This document shows positions 6,721-14,512 of a DNA stretch of 64,000 nt, piece after piece. Every line of letters starts with the position of its first letter. The first letter of the stretch is position 1. The position numbers were made by a program, and so were the translations under genes. This DNA is from a virus, in IMG/VR virus record IMGVR_UViG_3300032240_000979, positions 2,722 to 66,721 of that record, one strand, 5' to 3'. Under the pieces are notes generated by a model, which did no database searches, was not told where the DNA came from, and saw only the letters and a list, made by a program, of their open reading frames with translations.

Positions 6721-8880
6721 TTAGTTTTGGTTTTTATCTATCAAGGAAATATATTCAAGGAAAGGAGGATAAGCGTTTTCGTCAATGTAGTAAGAGTAAG
6801 AGGTGCAGAAAATGTGATAAATAATTGGATATTTTTTTATCAAGACTTCAAATTGAGCGTCAATCTTATCTTTGTCAATGCTTTTTACATCGTTATTTTC
6901 AAATTCGCTACGAAAATAGTTCAAGAAATTTAAAACAGATTGGTTTTTTTGACGTTTATCATAATCAAATTTCTTACCACTTGGATTCAAGAATAAAAAC
7001 AAAAGATGATCGTTTTTAAGTTGATTGGTTATATTGTTAATCGCGTTACGGTTTTTAAACTTATTAATACGATAGTTATGATCGTTATCTTCTACAATGA
7101 AATCTTTTTGGTTTTTTAATTCTTTTTTAACATAGTCAGAGATCAAAGTCTCAACATTAATAGCATTTTCGCCAAGTTTAGAATCGTCGAAAACACCATA
7201 GACGCAACTATCGTCAGAAGTGATATATTGTTTATCAAGAATCTCAAGATTAATAGCATCGCGGAAAAGTTCGCCGCAATTACCGCGACCAAAAGATTTG
7301 CCGAGAATAGTAAATGTATTGTTACGATCAATAGTTTTTAGATTAACGTAATAAAATTTAGTTTGCGGCAGAGCGATCTTCTGAATAAATGGGCGAGTGT
7401 TGTAAGAATACTGTTTCCACACAATAATGCCTTCTTTAGTTTCAGCTTTATCAGCTTTAAACTCTTGTGTAGTAGAAGAAAGGAAAATACGATTGCAGGA
7501 AGTATAGCTAGTTAAAAATTCTTTGGCTTGCTCTGGAGTCAATACATAAACAGAAAAGCCTCTTGTATAACCTTGTTTGCCTAAATTATTTTGAATCCAT
7601 TTAGCCTTAGCAAAAAGATTTTTCTTGTTATCAGCTATCAAAATAGCGGTACTGATCTCCGCTTGAGCGTAAAAACGAACAGGATGGAGTTGAGCTTTAT
7701 CATTTGCCTTTAGATTTCTCGCTGTAAAGTTGTTGTTCTTGTTGACTGTATAAGTAGAATCAATAACGTGAGCTTTATATGGAGTTAGCTCAACTTTATC
7801 TCCATTAGCGGCATTAAACACAAATGGCATTTCAGTAGCTATCTGCTGTAAAACATAATTATCAGTAAGGTTGAGCATTTTTTCCATGAACTTCTCAACG
7901 TCTTGAATATCGTTGACTTCTTTCTGAAGCACAGAGCGAACATCTAACTGCAACTTCTCGAAAAAGTTGATGAGATTCTTCTTAGTGGATTCATTATACT
8001 CTAGTTGTTCTCTGGAGTGATGAAGCGAAAGAGTTCCAACAGGAGCAAACATCACAAACAATTTTGCACCGTGATGTAATTTTAAAGAATTAAAAATAGG
8101 AATATGAGAGAGTTTATCGGAAAGAATATCCATGTCCAAAGGATAAGCGATGCCGCCCATAACAATTTTGACGGCACGATTGGAGTAGCTATTAAGGACA
8201 CGACCATAGACACTTTCAGCCATGACAACACCCCAAGAATCGTTTTTGATAATCCAATCAACAGAAGTAACAGTTAATCCACTAACTTTATATGGAGCAG
8301 TGGCGTGAACAAGAACTTTGTCACCAGCAACAAGAAAATTACCAATATCTTGCTGTTTAACCGCGACAGATATTTCGACGCCGTTTGGTTCAGTGGTAGA
8401 TTCTTCTGCGAGCTTGGTGAAACGAGTGTCGCCCACTTCATCGACATAAACAGAGATCACAATCTTCTCGCCGTTCTTGAAAGAGGTAACGGTGAAAGAG
8501 TCGGCGTAAGAAAGCGGAGCGAATCGACCAATACCGAAACCACCGATAGAAAGATTGTCATTACGTTTGGTCGAGCGACCATACTTGGTATAAAGACCAA
8601 ACAGTTCTTCTTCTGATAGACCAAAGCCAAAGTCGCGCACCGAATAGGTGTAGTCAAGTGAGGTTGGGAAATTGATTTTGATTGGCGTCAAAGATTTCGC
8701 GGTGTTGTTAGCGTCAACAGCGTTCGCCCACGTTTCGCGTACGGTGGCGAGAATCGTGTCGGAATAGTTGTTGCGGAGGAGTGAGGAAATGTAACGCATT
8801 TCGCTCGCTTCGATAGTAGCGATTTCAGATTTGAAATCGTGAGACTCAACGATGTTTCGGCTGGAGGATTTGATAATCAT
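6721..8880 (-). CDS. rIIA: RIIA-like protein (N-terminal GHKL ATPase)
   Basis: RETWANAVDA, RDFGFGLS, YGRSTK, IGGFGIG, FTVTSFKNG and EPNGVEI GHKL motifs; paired with rIIB. Confidence 0.9.
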   Translation of the reverse strand: MIIKSSSRNIVESHDFKSEIATIEASEMRYISSLLRNNYSDTILATVRETWANAVDANNTAKSLTPIKINFPTSLDYTYSVRDFGFGLSEEELFGLYTKYGRSTKRNDNLSIGGFGIGRFAPLSYADSFTVTSFKNGEKIVISVYVDEVGDTRFTKLAEESTTEPNGVEISVAVKQQDIGNFLVAGDKVLVHATAPYKVSGLTVTSVDWIIKNDSWGVVMAESVYGRVLNSYSNRAVKIVMGGIAYPLDMDILSDKLSHIPIFNSLKLHHGAKLFVMFAPVGTLSLHHSREQLEYNESTKKNLINFFEKLQLDVRSVLQKEVNDIQDVEKFMEKMLNLTDNYVLQQIATEMPFVFNAANGDKVELTPYKAHVIDSTYTVNKNNNFTARNLKANDKAQLHPVRFYAQAEISTAILIADNKKNLFAKAKWIQNNLGKQGYTRGFSVYVLTPEQAKEFLTSYTSCNRIFLSSTTQEFKADKAETKEGIIVWKQYSYNTRPFIQKIALPQTKFYYVNLKTIDRNNTFTILGKSFGRGNCGELFRDAINLEILDKQYITSDDSCVYGVFDDSKLGENAINVETLISDYVKKELKNQKDFIVEDNDHNYRINKFKNRNAINNITNQLKNDHLLFLFLNPSGKKFDYDKRQKNQSVLNFLNYFRSEFENNDVKSIDKDKIDAQFEVLIKKYPIIYHIFCTSYSYYIDENAYPPFLEYISLIDKNQN

Positions 8881-8914
8881 GTTAGCAATTTGTTCAGTAA
8901 TTTAATCTGCAACC

Positions 8915-8942
8915 ACTCTACCACACTTTTCTTATCCGTCAA
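8915..8942 (-). promoter_or_regulatory. sigma70-like promoter for rIIA
   Basis: TTGACG-16 nt-TAGAGT with an extended -10 TG. Confidence 0.6.
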
Positions 8943-9187
8943 GTGGTTTTGATAATTTTTTTTAAATTTTTTTGAGAAAGTTCCAAAGCCTTGTTTTCCA
9001 GCCATTTAACGTGCGAAGAATTTTCGCAGAAAACAGAAAGCACCGAATTTTTATCAGAAGTATAGCTCGAAATTACGAACTCAACGTGAAATTTGAACTG
9101 CTTCAAAAACTGATCTGAAACTTGCTCGTAAATCCCATAGACTTCCGAGAGGTTTTTAGAGGAGAAAATTTGGTGTTTAGTGTTCAT
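8939..9187 (-). CDS. hypothetical protein
   Basis: 82 aa ORF in gene array. Confidence 0.65.
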   Translation of the reverse strand: MNTKHQIFSSKNLSEVYGIYEQVSDQFLKQFKFHVEFVISSYTSDKNSVLSVFCENSSHVKWLENKALELSQKNLKKIIKTT

Positions 9188-9189
9188 TT

Positions 9190-9552
9190 TTATTTAATTT
9201 TTAGTCCGAATCTTGGGTCGTTTGCTTGCTGAATCATATTAACGTAGTCAGTAAATTTTTCTAAGTGAATCCAAACTTTGCCGTGCTGTTCGATCTCTTT
9301 GTCGCTGTAACCTTGTGAGATCATATTCTCCATTTGGTTTTTATTCAGCACCAAAAACTCCACCGTGTTCTTCCTGTAATTTGGGCAGATGATCGAGTAA
9401 AGATGCTCGGTCTGAACTTCTACGCCAACGTATTTTTTTTCACTGGCAGAATCTGCCAGAGGCATTGGTTCGGTTCTGAATCCGATTCGCGTTCTAAAAA
9501 GAAAATCAGTTGTTCTCTTTGCTACTAGGTCTATTTCTGTTTGTAGGTTCAT
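9190..9552 (-). CDS. hypothetical protein
   Basis: 120 aa, ATGA overlap with the uvsE stop. Confidence 0.75.
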   Translation of the reverse strand: MNLQTEIDLVAKRTTDFLFRTRIGFRTEPMPLADSASEKKYVGVEVQTEHLYSIICPNYRKNTVEFLVLNKNQMENMISQGYSDKEIEQHGKVWIHLEKFTDYVNMIQQANDPRFGLKIK

Positions 9553-10454
9553 AAGTGATACTCTAAATTTAAAAGTTGGAAAATAGCTTTGTCTTTACCT
9601 TTGAGTTCTACATCGAAGAAAACGTTTTTGCCGTAGCTGTTAGGTTTGCCAGTTGGCATATCAGCGTGCTTGCGCGTGCCGTCAATACCTTCGGAGTAAT
9701 GAAACAAAGGAGCGGTATTCCAAGTAGAGTAAGCGAGATTAAAATCTTCTTCATCAGTTGTGCCAGAGTTGCAGAATTGACGATGGAGAGAGTCGTAGGT
9801 CACAGGAATTCCGTTGGTGAGGAAAAAATGTTTGTGCAAGTTGGCGACGTTCCATGAGCCACCAACGTTGTCATTAACCTCGACGACAAGACGAGATTTT
9901 ACGTTGTCTGGAAGCGAGCGGTAATTAGAGAGAAAACGTTTAGAAATTTCTTCGCAGTCGCCATCTTGACGACAATGAATGTTGAGCGGCGAACGATAGT
10001 CTTGAGGCAAGTCAATCAAATCAAATATCTCGGCGTGAGAAATTAAATCGCGCACGCTGTTGCTGATTGCATCAGGATTTTGACTGGTGAGCGTAATGTA
10101 TTCTGAAGGATGAGCGGAGACTCTAACGCCACTAGACTTGATCTCATTGGCGATTCTGTGCAAGGCATCACGCATATCAGGCCAATCAGGTAAATCTTGC
10201 AGACGAAGATTAACGTCAGGATGATTGATAACAGGCGTCAAACTAGAGGACAATCGGTAGCCAGCAATGCCGTAGCTATGGCAATGCTTGATGATTTGAT
10301 GCGTGATAAAAAAATTATGGAGGATGCGCTTGCTGAGAACGCGAATAGCCTCGTCTCGATTCATAGACAGAAAACGAGTGAGAGTCATAGTTTCAAACTT
10401 GAAGCCTTTGTGCTCGGCAAGGATTTCGGATATGCAACAGAGAGATAGTTTCAT
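9549..10454 (-). CDS. uvsE: UV damage endonuclease (UvsE/UvdE)
   Basis: YRLSS, RVSAHPSEY, NIH, RLVVEVND, PVTYDSLH, HYSE, RKHAD and DVELKGKD motifs. Confidence 0.92.
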   Translation of the reverse strand: MKLSLCCISEILAEHKGFKFETMTLTRFLSMNRDEAIRVLSKRILHNFFITHQIIKHCHSYGIAGYRLSSSLTPVINHPDVNLRLQDLPDWPDMRDALHRIANEIKSSGVRVSAHPSEYITLTSQNPDAISNSVRDLISHAEIFDLIDLPQDYRSPLNIHCRQDGDCEEISKRFLSNYRSLPDNVKSRLVVEVNDNVGGSWNVANLHKHFFLTNGIPVTYDSLHRQFCNSGTTDEEDFNLAYSTWNTAPLFHYSEGIDGTRKHADMPTGKPNSYGKNVFFDVELKGKDKAIFQLLNLEYHL

Positions 10455-10461
10455 ACAAGAG

Positions 10462-10491
10462 AGCTAGATCATAAACCGTCTAGCTTGTCAA
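10462..10491 (-). promoter_or_regulatory. TTGACA -35 element with adjacent 7-bp inverted repeat (candidate operator) upstream of uvsE
   Basis: TTGACA at 10491-10486, then AGCTAGA-N10-TCTAGCT. Confidence 0.45.
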
Positions 10492-10496
10492 TGGTT

Positions 10497-11000
10497 TTAC
10501 TGGTCAAGATTGAATTTTTGTAGCTTACCGATCTGCAAATTCAAACAGTCTGCTGGATAGTAATAGAGCTTGTGAGCAGGAGAAGATTCGTCCAGTTCTC
10601 CTTTTTTACAGCTCAAAGATTGATTTAAAAATGATTTTTTATTCATGTAACCAAGAATCCAGCCTTTTGAATAGTCTTTAAGAATACTGGTGAATAAATA
10701 ATAATCGCACTTCTGTAAGGTGTTAAACTGATAAACTGTGCAGTTATAAGAAGATTTAGGTCTAACTGTACGTTCTTTGGCTTTGATTTCAAAACGTTTT
10801 CCTTTGTTTGATTTCCAGTCAGAGTTGTAATCTTCGTGAGAGATGATTTCGCCGCCGAGAGCTTCCTGAACCATTAAGTCAGAGATCATGGCGATTTTCC
10901 AGCCATCGCCGTCTCGGATGGAGTTTTTTAATTTTGGCTTATCTTCCGCTAATTCTAATGCGGTGGCGACGAGCTGCGGGTGTAGATCTATTTCTATCAT
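10497..11000 (-). CDS. putative PD-(D/E)xK nuclease-fold protein
   Basis: DYNSD...RFEIKAK and CDYYLF...GWILG pattern of restriction-endonuclease-like phage proteins. Confidence 0.55.
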   Translation of the reverse strand: MIEIDLHPQLVATALELAEDKPKLKNSIRDGDGWKIAMISDLMVQEALGGEIISHEDYNSDWKSNKGKRFEIKAKERTVRPKSSYNCTVYQFNTLQKCDYYLFTSILKDYSKGWILGYMNKKSFLNQSLSCKKGELDESSPAHKLYYYPADCLNLQIGKLQKFNLDQ

Positions 11001-11071
11001 TTATTTGTCCTAAAAGTGTTCGTGTTTGGTTCTGATATATATCTTATTTGCGATTTTTTGATTCGTGTTTG
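11001..11071. repeat. imperfect 43-bp tandem repeat, TTATTTG-N11-TTCGTGTTTG x2
   Basis: Copies start at 11001 and 11044; related copies lie at 25, 49 and 226. Confidence 0.6.
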
Positions 11072-11075
11072 AAAC

Positions 11076-11150
11076 TGGAGCGACAGGTGGGGGTCGAACC
11101 CACGACAGCTTCTTTGGAAAAGAAGGACTCTACCACTGAGCTACTGTCGC
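11076..11150 (-). tRNA. tRNA-Gly(TCC)
   Basis: GCGACAG/CTGTCGC acceptor, TAGCTCAGTGGTAGAG D-arm, CTTCT-TTTCCAA-AGAAG anticodon arm, GGTTCGACCCC T-arm, CCA. Confidence 0.95.
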
Positions 11151-11159
11151 TAAATTGAA

Positions 11160-11227
11160 TTCCTACCATGCACCTAGTAACCTTACGGCTAACACGGATA
11201 GAACCCGACATTCAATGCAAGTGGGAA
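11160..11227 (-). ncRNA. candidate small structured RNA upstream of tRNA-Gly
   Basis: Closing stem (TTCC..TGCATT / GGTGCA..GGAA) enclosing two hairpins, CGGG-TTCTA-TCCG and TAGCC-GTAA-GGTTA (GNRA loop). Confidence 0.35.
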
Positions 11228-11230
11228 AAT

Positions 11231-11632
11231 TTAATCATTTTCTGAAAATTGTTTCCTCCATTCATCATACTTAATCTTAGCGGCGTCAATAGCTGGGCGA
11301 ATACCTTTTGCGCCGTTACTAAACTCAATCCATTCATAGCAACCGCGATTCTCTTTCTCTACGCTAATTCCAATTTGAAATGGAACATTGAAATATGTTT
11401 CATCAGTATCATCAGGATGATCTTCAATGGTATAATAAGGTACGGAGCTTATGCTAGTGCCTCCATTTTGAAGAAATCTCTCTAACCAATTTAGGCGACT
11501 TTCTGCTTTATCTAAATTTTCAAACGCTTGCTTGAGTTGGTTTTCAAGCATAATCATTTTTTCATCTTGTTTTTTCCAAGATTCAATGTCTGCTCGCATT
11601 TTTTCTTCGGCGTCTTTGTCGTCTATATTCAT
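11231..11632 (-). CDS. hypothetical protein
   Basis: 133 aa ORF in gene array. Confidence 0.75.
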   Translation of the reverse strand: MNIDDKDAEEKMRADIESWKKQDEKMIMLENQLKQAFENLDKAESRLNWLERFLQNGGTSISSVPYYTIEDHPDDTDETYFNVPFQIGISVEKENRGCYEWIEFSNGAKGIRPAIDAAKIKYDEWRKQFSEND

Positions 11633-11634
11633 AA

Positions 11635-12123
11635 TTAAACATATCCTTGTTCATCTACTATTGCCATAATAATCTTCTCTGCGTTCTCTTGAAAAGATGG
11701 ATAAGCTAATGTGTTAAATGATTCGCCATGTTTATTTATAAACTTATCCCAGTCCTTCTTTTCTTCAAGAGTGAGAGGATTTTTTTGAGGACGAGCTTCA
11801 GATGCTTTTCGGATAATGTCAACAAGTTTTTCTTCAATCAGACGAGCAGCAGCAGTAAGCGGTGCTTTCTCTGGATAAATTTGCTGACGAATAGAGGTAC
11901 ATCCTTTATCAATCTTAATAAGCCAAAAGCCATCACGGAGACCATCGTAGGCATAGGGATCGTTTACAGGAACGTACTTCTTACCTACCTTGCGGTAAAC
12001 CCGTTGATCTTCTTTAGCAGCAGCCCGTGCGGTTACATTATCAGTATCAAACTTATAGTTAAGCTGATCTCGCAAACGTTGGCACTCATCCTTGTAGTAT
12101 TCTAATTCTTTATTCTTTTTCAT
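11635..12123 (-). CDS. hypothetical protein
   Basis: 162 aa ORF in gene array. Confidence 0.75.
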   Translation of the reverse strand: MKKNKELEYYKDECQRLRDQLNYKFDTDNVTARAAAKEDQRVYRKVGKKYVPVNDPYAYDGLRDGFWLIKIDKGCTSIRQQIYPEKAPLTAAARLIEEKLVDIIRKASEARPQKNPLTLEEKKDWDKFINKHGESFNTLAYPSFQENAEKIIMAIVDEQGYV

Positions 12124-12130
12124 AGTTTTT

Positions 12131-12427
12131 TTATATTAATGAAGAAGCATGATATGTTATTGCTTTAACTTTTTTTAGTTCAAATGAGAATGGTTCTACA
12201 GGTTTAGAATCATCAAAACGTTTAATGAATTTTTGAGCTTTTTTGGGCAATTCATATCTATTCCACTTACCATCAAGACAATGAACTATGTGAATTGAAC
12301 CAATGTAGAAGAATCCATATCTTGTGTTATTTTTAACGGCACGCTTGAAAGCAAAAGCGATAGGACAGCAATAAAAACTTGATCGAACGCCTTTGTCAAT
12401 ATCTTTTTGTATTACTTCGATTTTCAT
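12131..12427 (-). CDS. hypothetical phage protein
   Basis: MKIEVxQKDIDKG...CCPIAxA...FDxxKPVEPFSFEL small phage family pattern. Confidence 0.75.
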   Translation of the reverse strand: MKIEVIQKDIDKGVRSSFYCCPIAFAFKRAVKNNTRYGFFYIGSIHIVHCLDGKWNRYELPKKAQKFIKRFDDSKPVEPFSFELKKVKAITYHASSLI

Positions 12428-12630
12428 TTTAAATTTCCGCCGTAATAGTCAAACACTTTTTCCATAGCGTCCAAAGTTATAATGAGTTCGCCCAATTCGT
12501 GCTTTTGATAATACTCGGTTTTCTTTTTCTTTTTGAGGTTTGCAATGTCTTCACGAAGGTACGCGATGCTTTGTTTTAAAGAGGCTCGCGTAATACCGTC
12601 AGCTGTATCAGAATCAATTTCTACTTTCAT
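12424..12630 (-). CDS. hypothetical protein
   Basis: 68 aa, ATGA overlap with the next gene. Confidence 0.7.
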   Translation of the reverse strand: MKVEIDSDTADGITRASLKQSIAYLREDIANLKKKKKTEYYQKHELGELIITLDAMEKVFDYYGGNLK

Positions 12631-12642
12631 ATTGTTTTTATA

Positions 12643-12957
12643 TTATTGCGGTAAACTCATTTTTATGCCTAAAGCATCTGCACAAGAAAATTGATCACCT
12701 TTTTCAAAACTAAGCTGATTGAGTTTAAATGGTTTCAAGACTCTATCTCCGTTCCAATACAAAGGTTGAATTGAGATATATCCAAGTTTACCGAGTTTAT
12801 TACGGAGCTTTGTAAATTCAGGATGATCTTTAGTTCCGTATGAGTCTCCTTTAACGATAATCCTTTTAAATAAATCGTGAAGCTCTATGTACTTGTTATC
12901 CTCTACTGAAGTAAAGTATTCTTTTTTAAGTCTAAATTGTTTAATTGGCTTCTTCAT
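12643..12957 (-). CDS. hypothetical protein
   Basis: Start trimmed to MKKPIK to reduce overlap with the upstream gene. Confidence 0.7.
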   Translation of the reverse strand: MKKPIKQFRLKKEYFTSVEDNKYIELHDLFKRIIVKGDSYGTKDHPEFTKLRNKLGKLGYISIQPLYWNGDRVLKPFKLNQLSFEKGDQFSCADALGIKMSLPQ

Positions 12958-13549
12958 ATTTTGGAATCTCTGACCAAGGAACATAATTCTGCTCAAACAA
13001 AGCAGTCTTAGCGTGTTCTTTATTTAAAGTCTTTAACCATCCATTCCGAGTACCTCCTGTTGCGTGTAACTCGCCAGACTGACCTGTTTCTTCGCAGGTT
13101 CTGCCTGAAGCAGTCTCCGCAAAGTGAACGATACCATTAATGTAGTCCGAATAACGATCAATAATCCTTTGAAGATCAGGATACTTTCCAGTTTGAATAA
13201 GAGACATGACTTCTTCACTATACTCTTCACGATAGTAAAAACGAAGCGTGCCGTATTTCTCTTTGACCAGAGTGGCGATTATTTGTGGAGGCTCCACACT
13301 AAAGTAATAACCGTCTTCAGCTTGCCATTTGTATGGTTTGATGCCAAGACGTTTGCCATCTTCCTCATCTACTTGGACGCTTGTAGAGTAAGTATAGGTG
13401 AGAGCTTCGCACAGTACGTCGATAAGATTATACCATCCATCGCCCACTTCAAGCCCCCAACACATACAAGTTTCGGTCATAGGTTTAGTGCGATCACCAA
13501 ACATTTTAGGATATTTGTCAAAAATTTTTTGTTGTAATTCTGCTTTCAT
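12941..13549 (-). CDS. conserved hypothetical phage protein
   Basis: GDGWYNLI...VKEKYGTLRFY...TCEETG motif family common in large phages. Confidence 0.8.
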   Translation of the reverse strand: MKAELQQKIFDKYPKMFGDRTKPMTETCMCWGLEVGDGWYNLIDVLCEALTYTYSTSVQVDEEDGKRLGIKPYKWQAEDGYYFSVEPPQIIATLVKEKYGTLRFYYREEYSEEVMSLIQTGKYPDLQRIIDRYSDYINGIVHFAETASGRTCEETGQSGELHATGGTRNGWLKTLNKEHAKTALFEQNYVPWSEIPKYEEAN

Positions 13550-13551
13550 AA

Positions 13552-13764
13552 TTATTCCTCAACTTTATCAAGAGCGCATCTTGCTTCGGTACGAATCGCC
13601 TGTGCAAGCTCTTCTATGGTTTTATAACGACTATCGCCATGCTTCAACAGATTGCGAAGCATATTGTCAATTTCATATAATGCGGCCCAAGCGTCATTAG
13701 CTTGAGCAGCGCGCATATACTCATAAGTCTCTTCTGGTAATTTATATTCTAGTGTTGCTTTCAT
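13552..13764 (-). CDS. hypothetical protein
   Basis: MKATLEYKLPEE... small phage protein pattern. Confidence 0.75.
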   Translation of the reverse strand: MKATLEYKLPEETYEYMRAAQANDAWAALYEIDNMLRNLLKHGDSRYKTIEELAQAIRTEARCALDKVEE

Positions 13765-13778
13765 AAGTTAATTTATAA

Positions 13779-14177
13779 TTATTCAAAAGCGAATTTGTGA
13801 AATGATTCTGGTAAGATAACGTTAGCAGGAATTTCTTTTCCTTTAAATAAAGAGGCAATATCTTCAACGCTGTATCCAGCAAGACCGCAACCAATCTTAG
13901 TTACCAAGAACTCAAGTTGAGAAAAGCAGTTAGCTGTACCCAAAAACAAGTCGATTTGGTACTCAATATCAGTAAGTGCTAAAGTAATAATCTGATGATT
14001 TTTTGTTGGCAAAGCGTAAGATTGACCATAAAGACCAACACCTTTCCCCCAAACTGCGCCAAATTTCTTGTGAGCAAGAGCAGCGGCTCCAGCACCATGA
14101 ATTCCAGCAAAGTTGCTACCAAACACGAAAATTTGGTGAGGCTCAAGAGAAGATATATTTTCGGGTGTGAATTTCAT
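13779..14177 (-). CDS. A1S_2505-like phage protein (macrodomain-related)
   Basis: IFVFGSNxAGIHGAGAA, GQSYALPT and FLVTKIGCGLAGY motifs. Confidence 0.75.
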   Translation of the reverse strand: MKFTPENISSLEPHQIFVFGSNFAGIHGAGAAALAHKKFGAVWGKGVGLYGQSYALPTKNHQIITLALTDIEYQIDLFLGTANCFSQLEFLVTKIGCGLAGYSVEDIASLFKGKEIPANVILPESFHKFAFE

Positions 14178-14210
14178 CTACGAGTTAGAGAGAAGTGATT
14201 TTGGGCAATG

Positions 14211-14249
14211 TGTCAAGCATTTCTAGGATTTTTTTTGAAAAAAGTGTAA
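14211..14249. promoter_or_regulatory. divergent promoter region: leftward TTGACA (14216-14211) and rightward GTGTAA (14244-14249)
   Basis: Both elements lie in the 83-nt gap between divergent genes 13779..14177 and 14261..14512. Confidence 0.5.
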
Positions 14250-14260
14250 AATAAATTATA

Positions 14261-14512
14261 ATGCAACTAACCCCAATAAACTCTATCGCATTTGGCCCGA
14301 ATCTTAAAGATGCGGCATCAATGTATGCGAAAAACTCGCCAGTTGCCCTAGTTTCTCCACAAAGAATTGAGCATCATGGCATAGATCAAGAAAGACTCTA
14401 CGATTTAAAAAAAGCTTTAATTAGAGCTATTGATACCGCAAATTTTGCAATGGCAATTTCTATTCTTGACGAAATCATCAAGATGCACAAGCAAGCTAAT
14501 GTAACCAGTTAA
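14261..14512 (+). CDS. small protein with C-terminal UVR (UvrB/C)-like helical hairpin
   Basis: LKKALIRAIDTANFAMAISILDEIIKM resembles the UVR motif; GTGTAA 11 nt upstream; its stop abuts the cyclase stop. Confidence 0.6.
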   Translation: MQLTPINSIAFGPNLKDAASMYAKNSPVALVSPQRIEHHGIDQERLYDLKKALIRAIDTANFAMAISILDEIIKMHKQANVTS

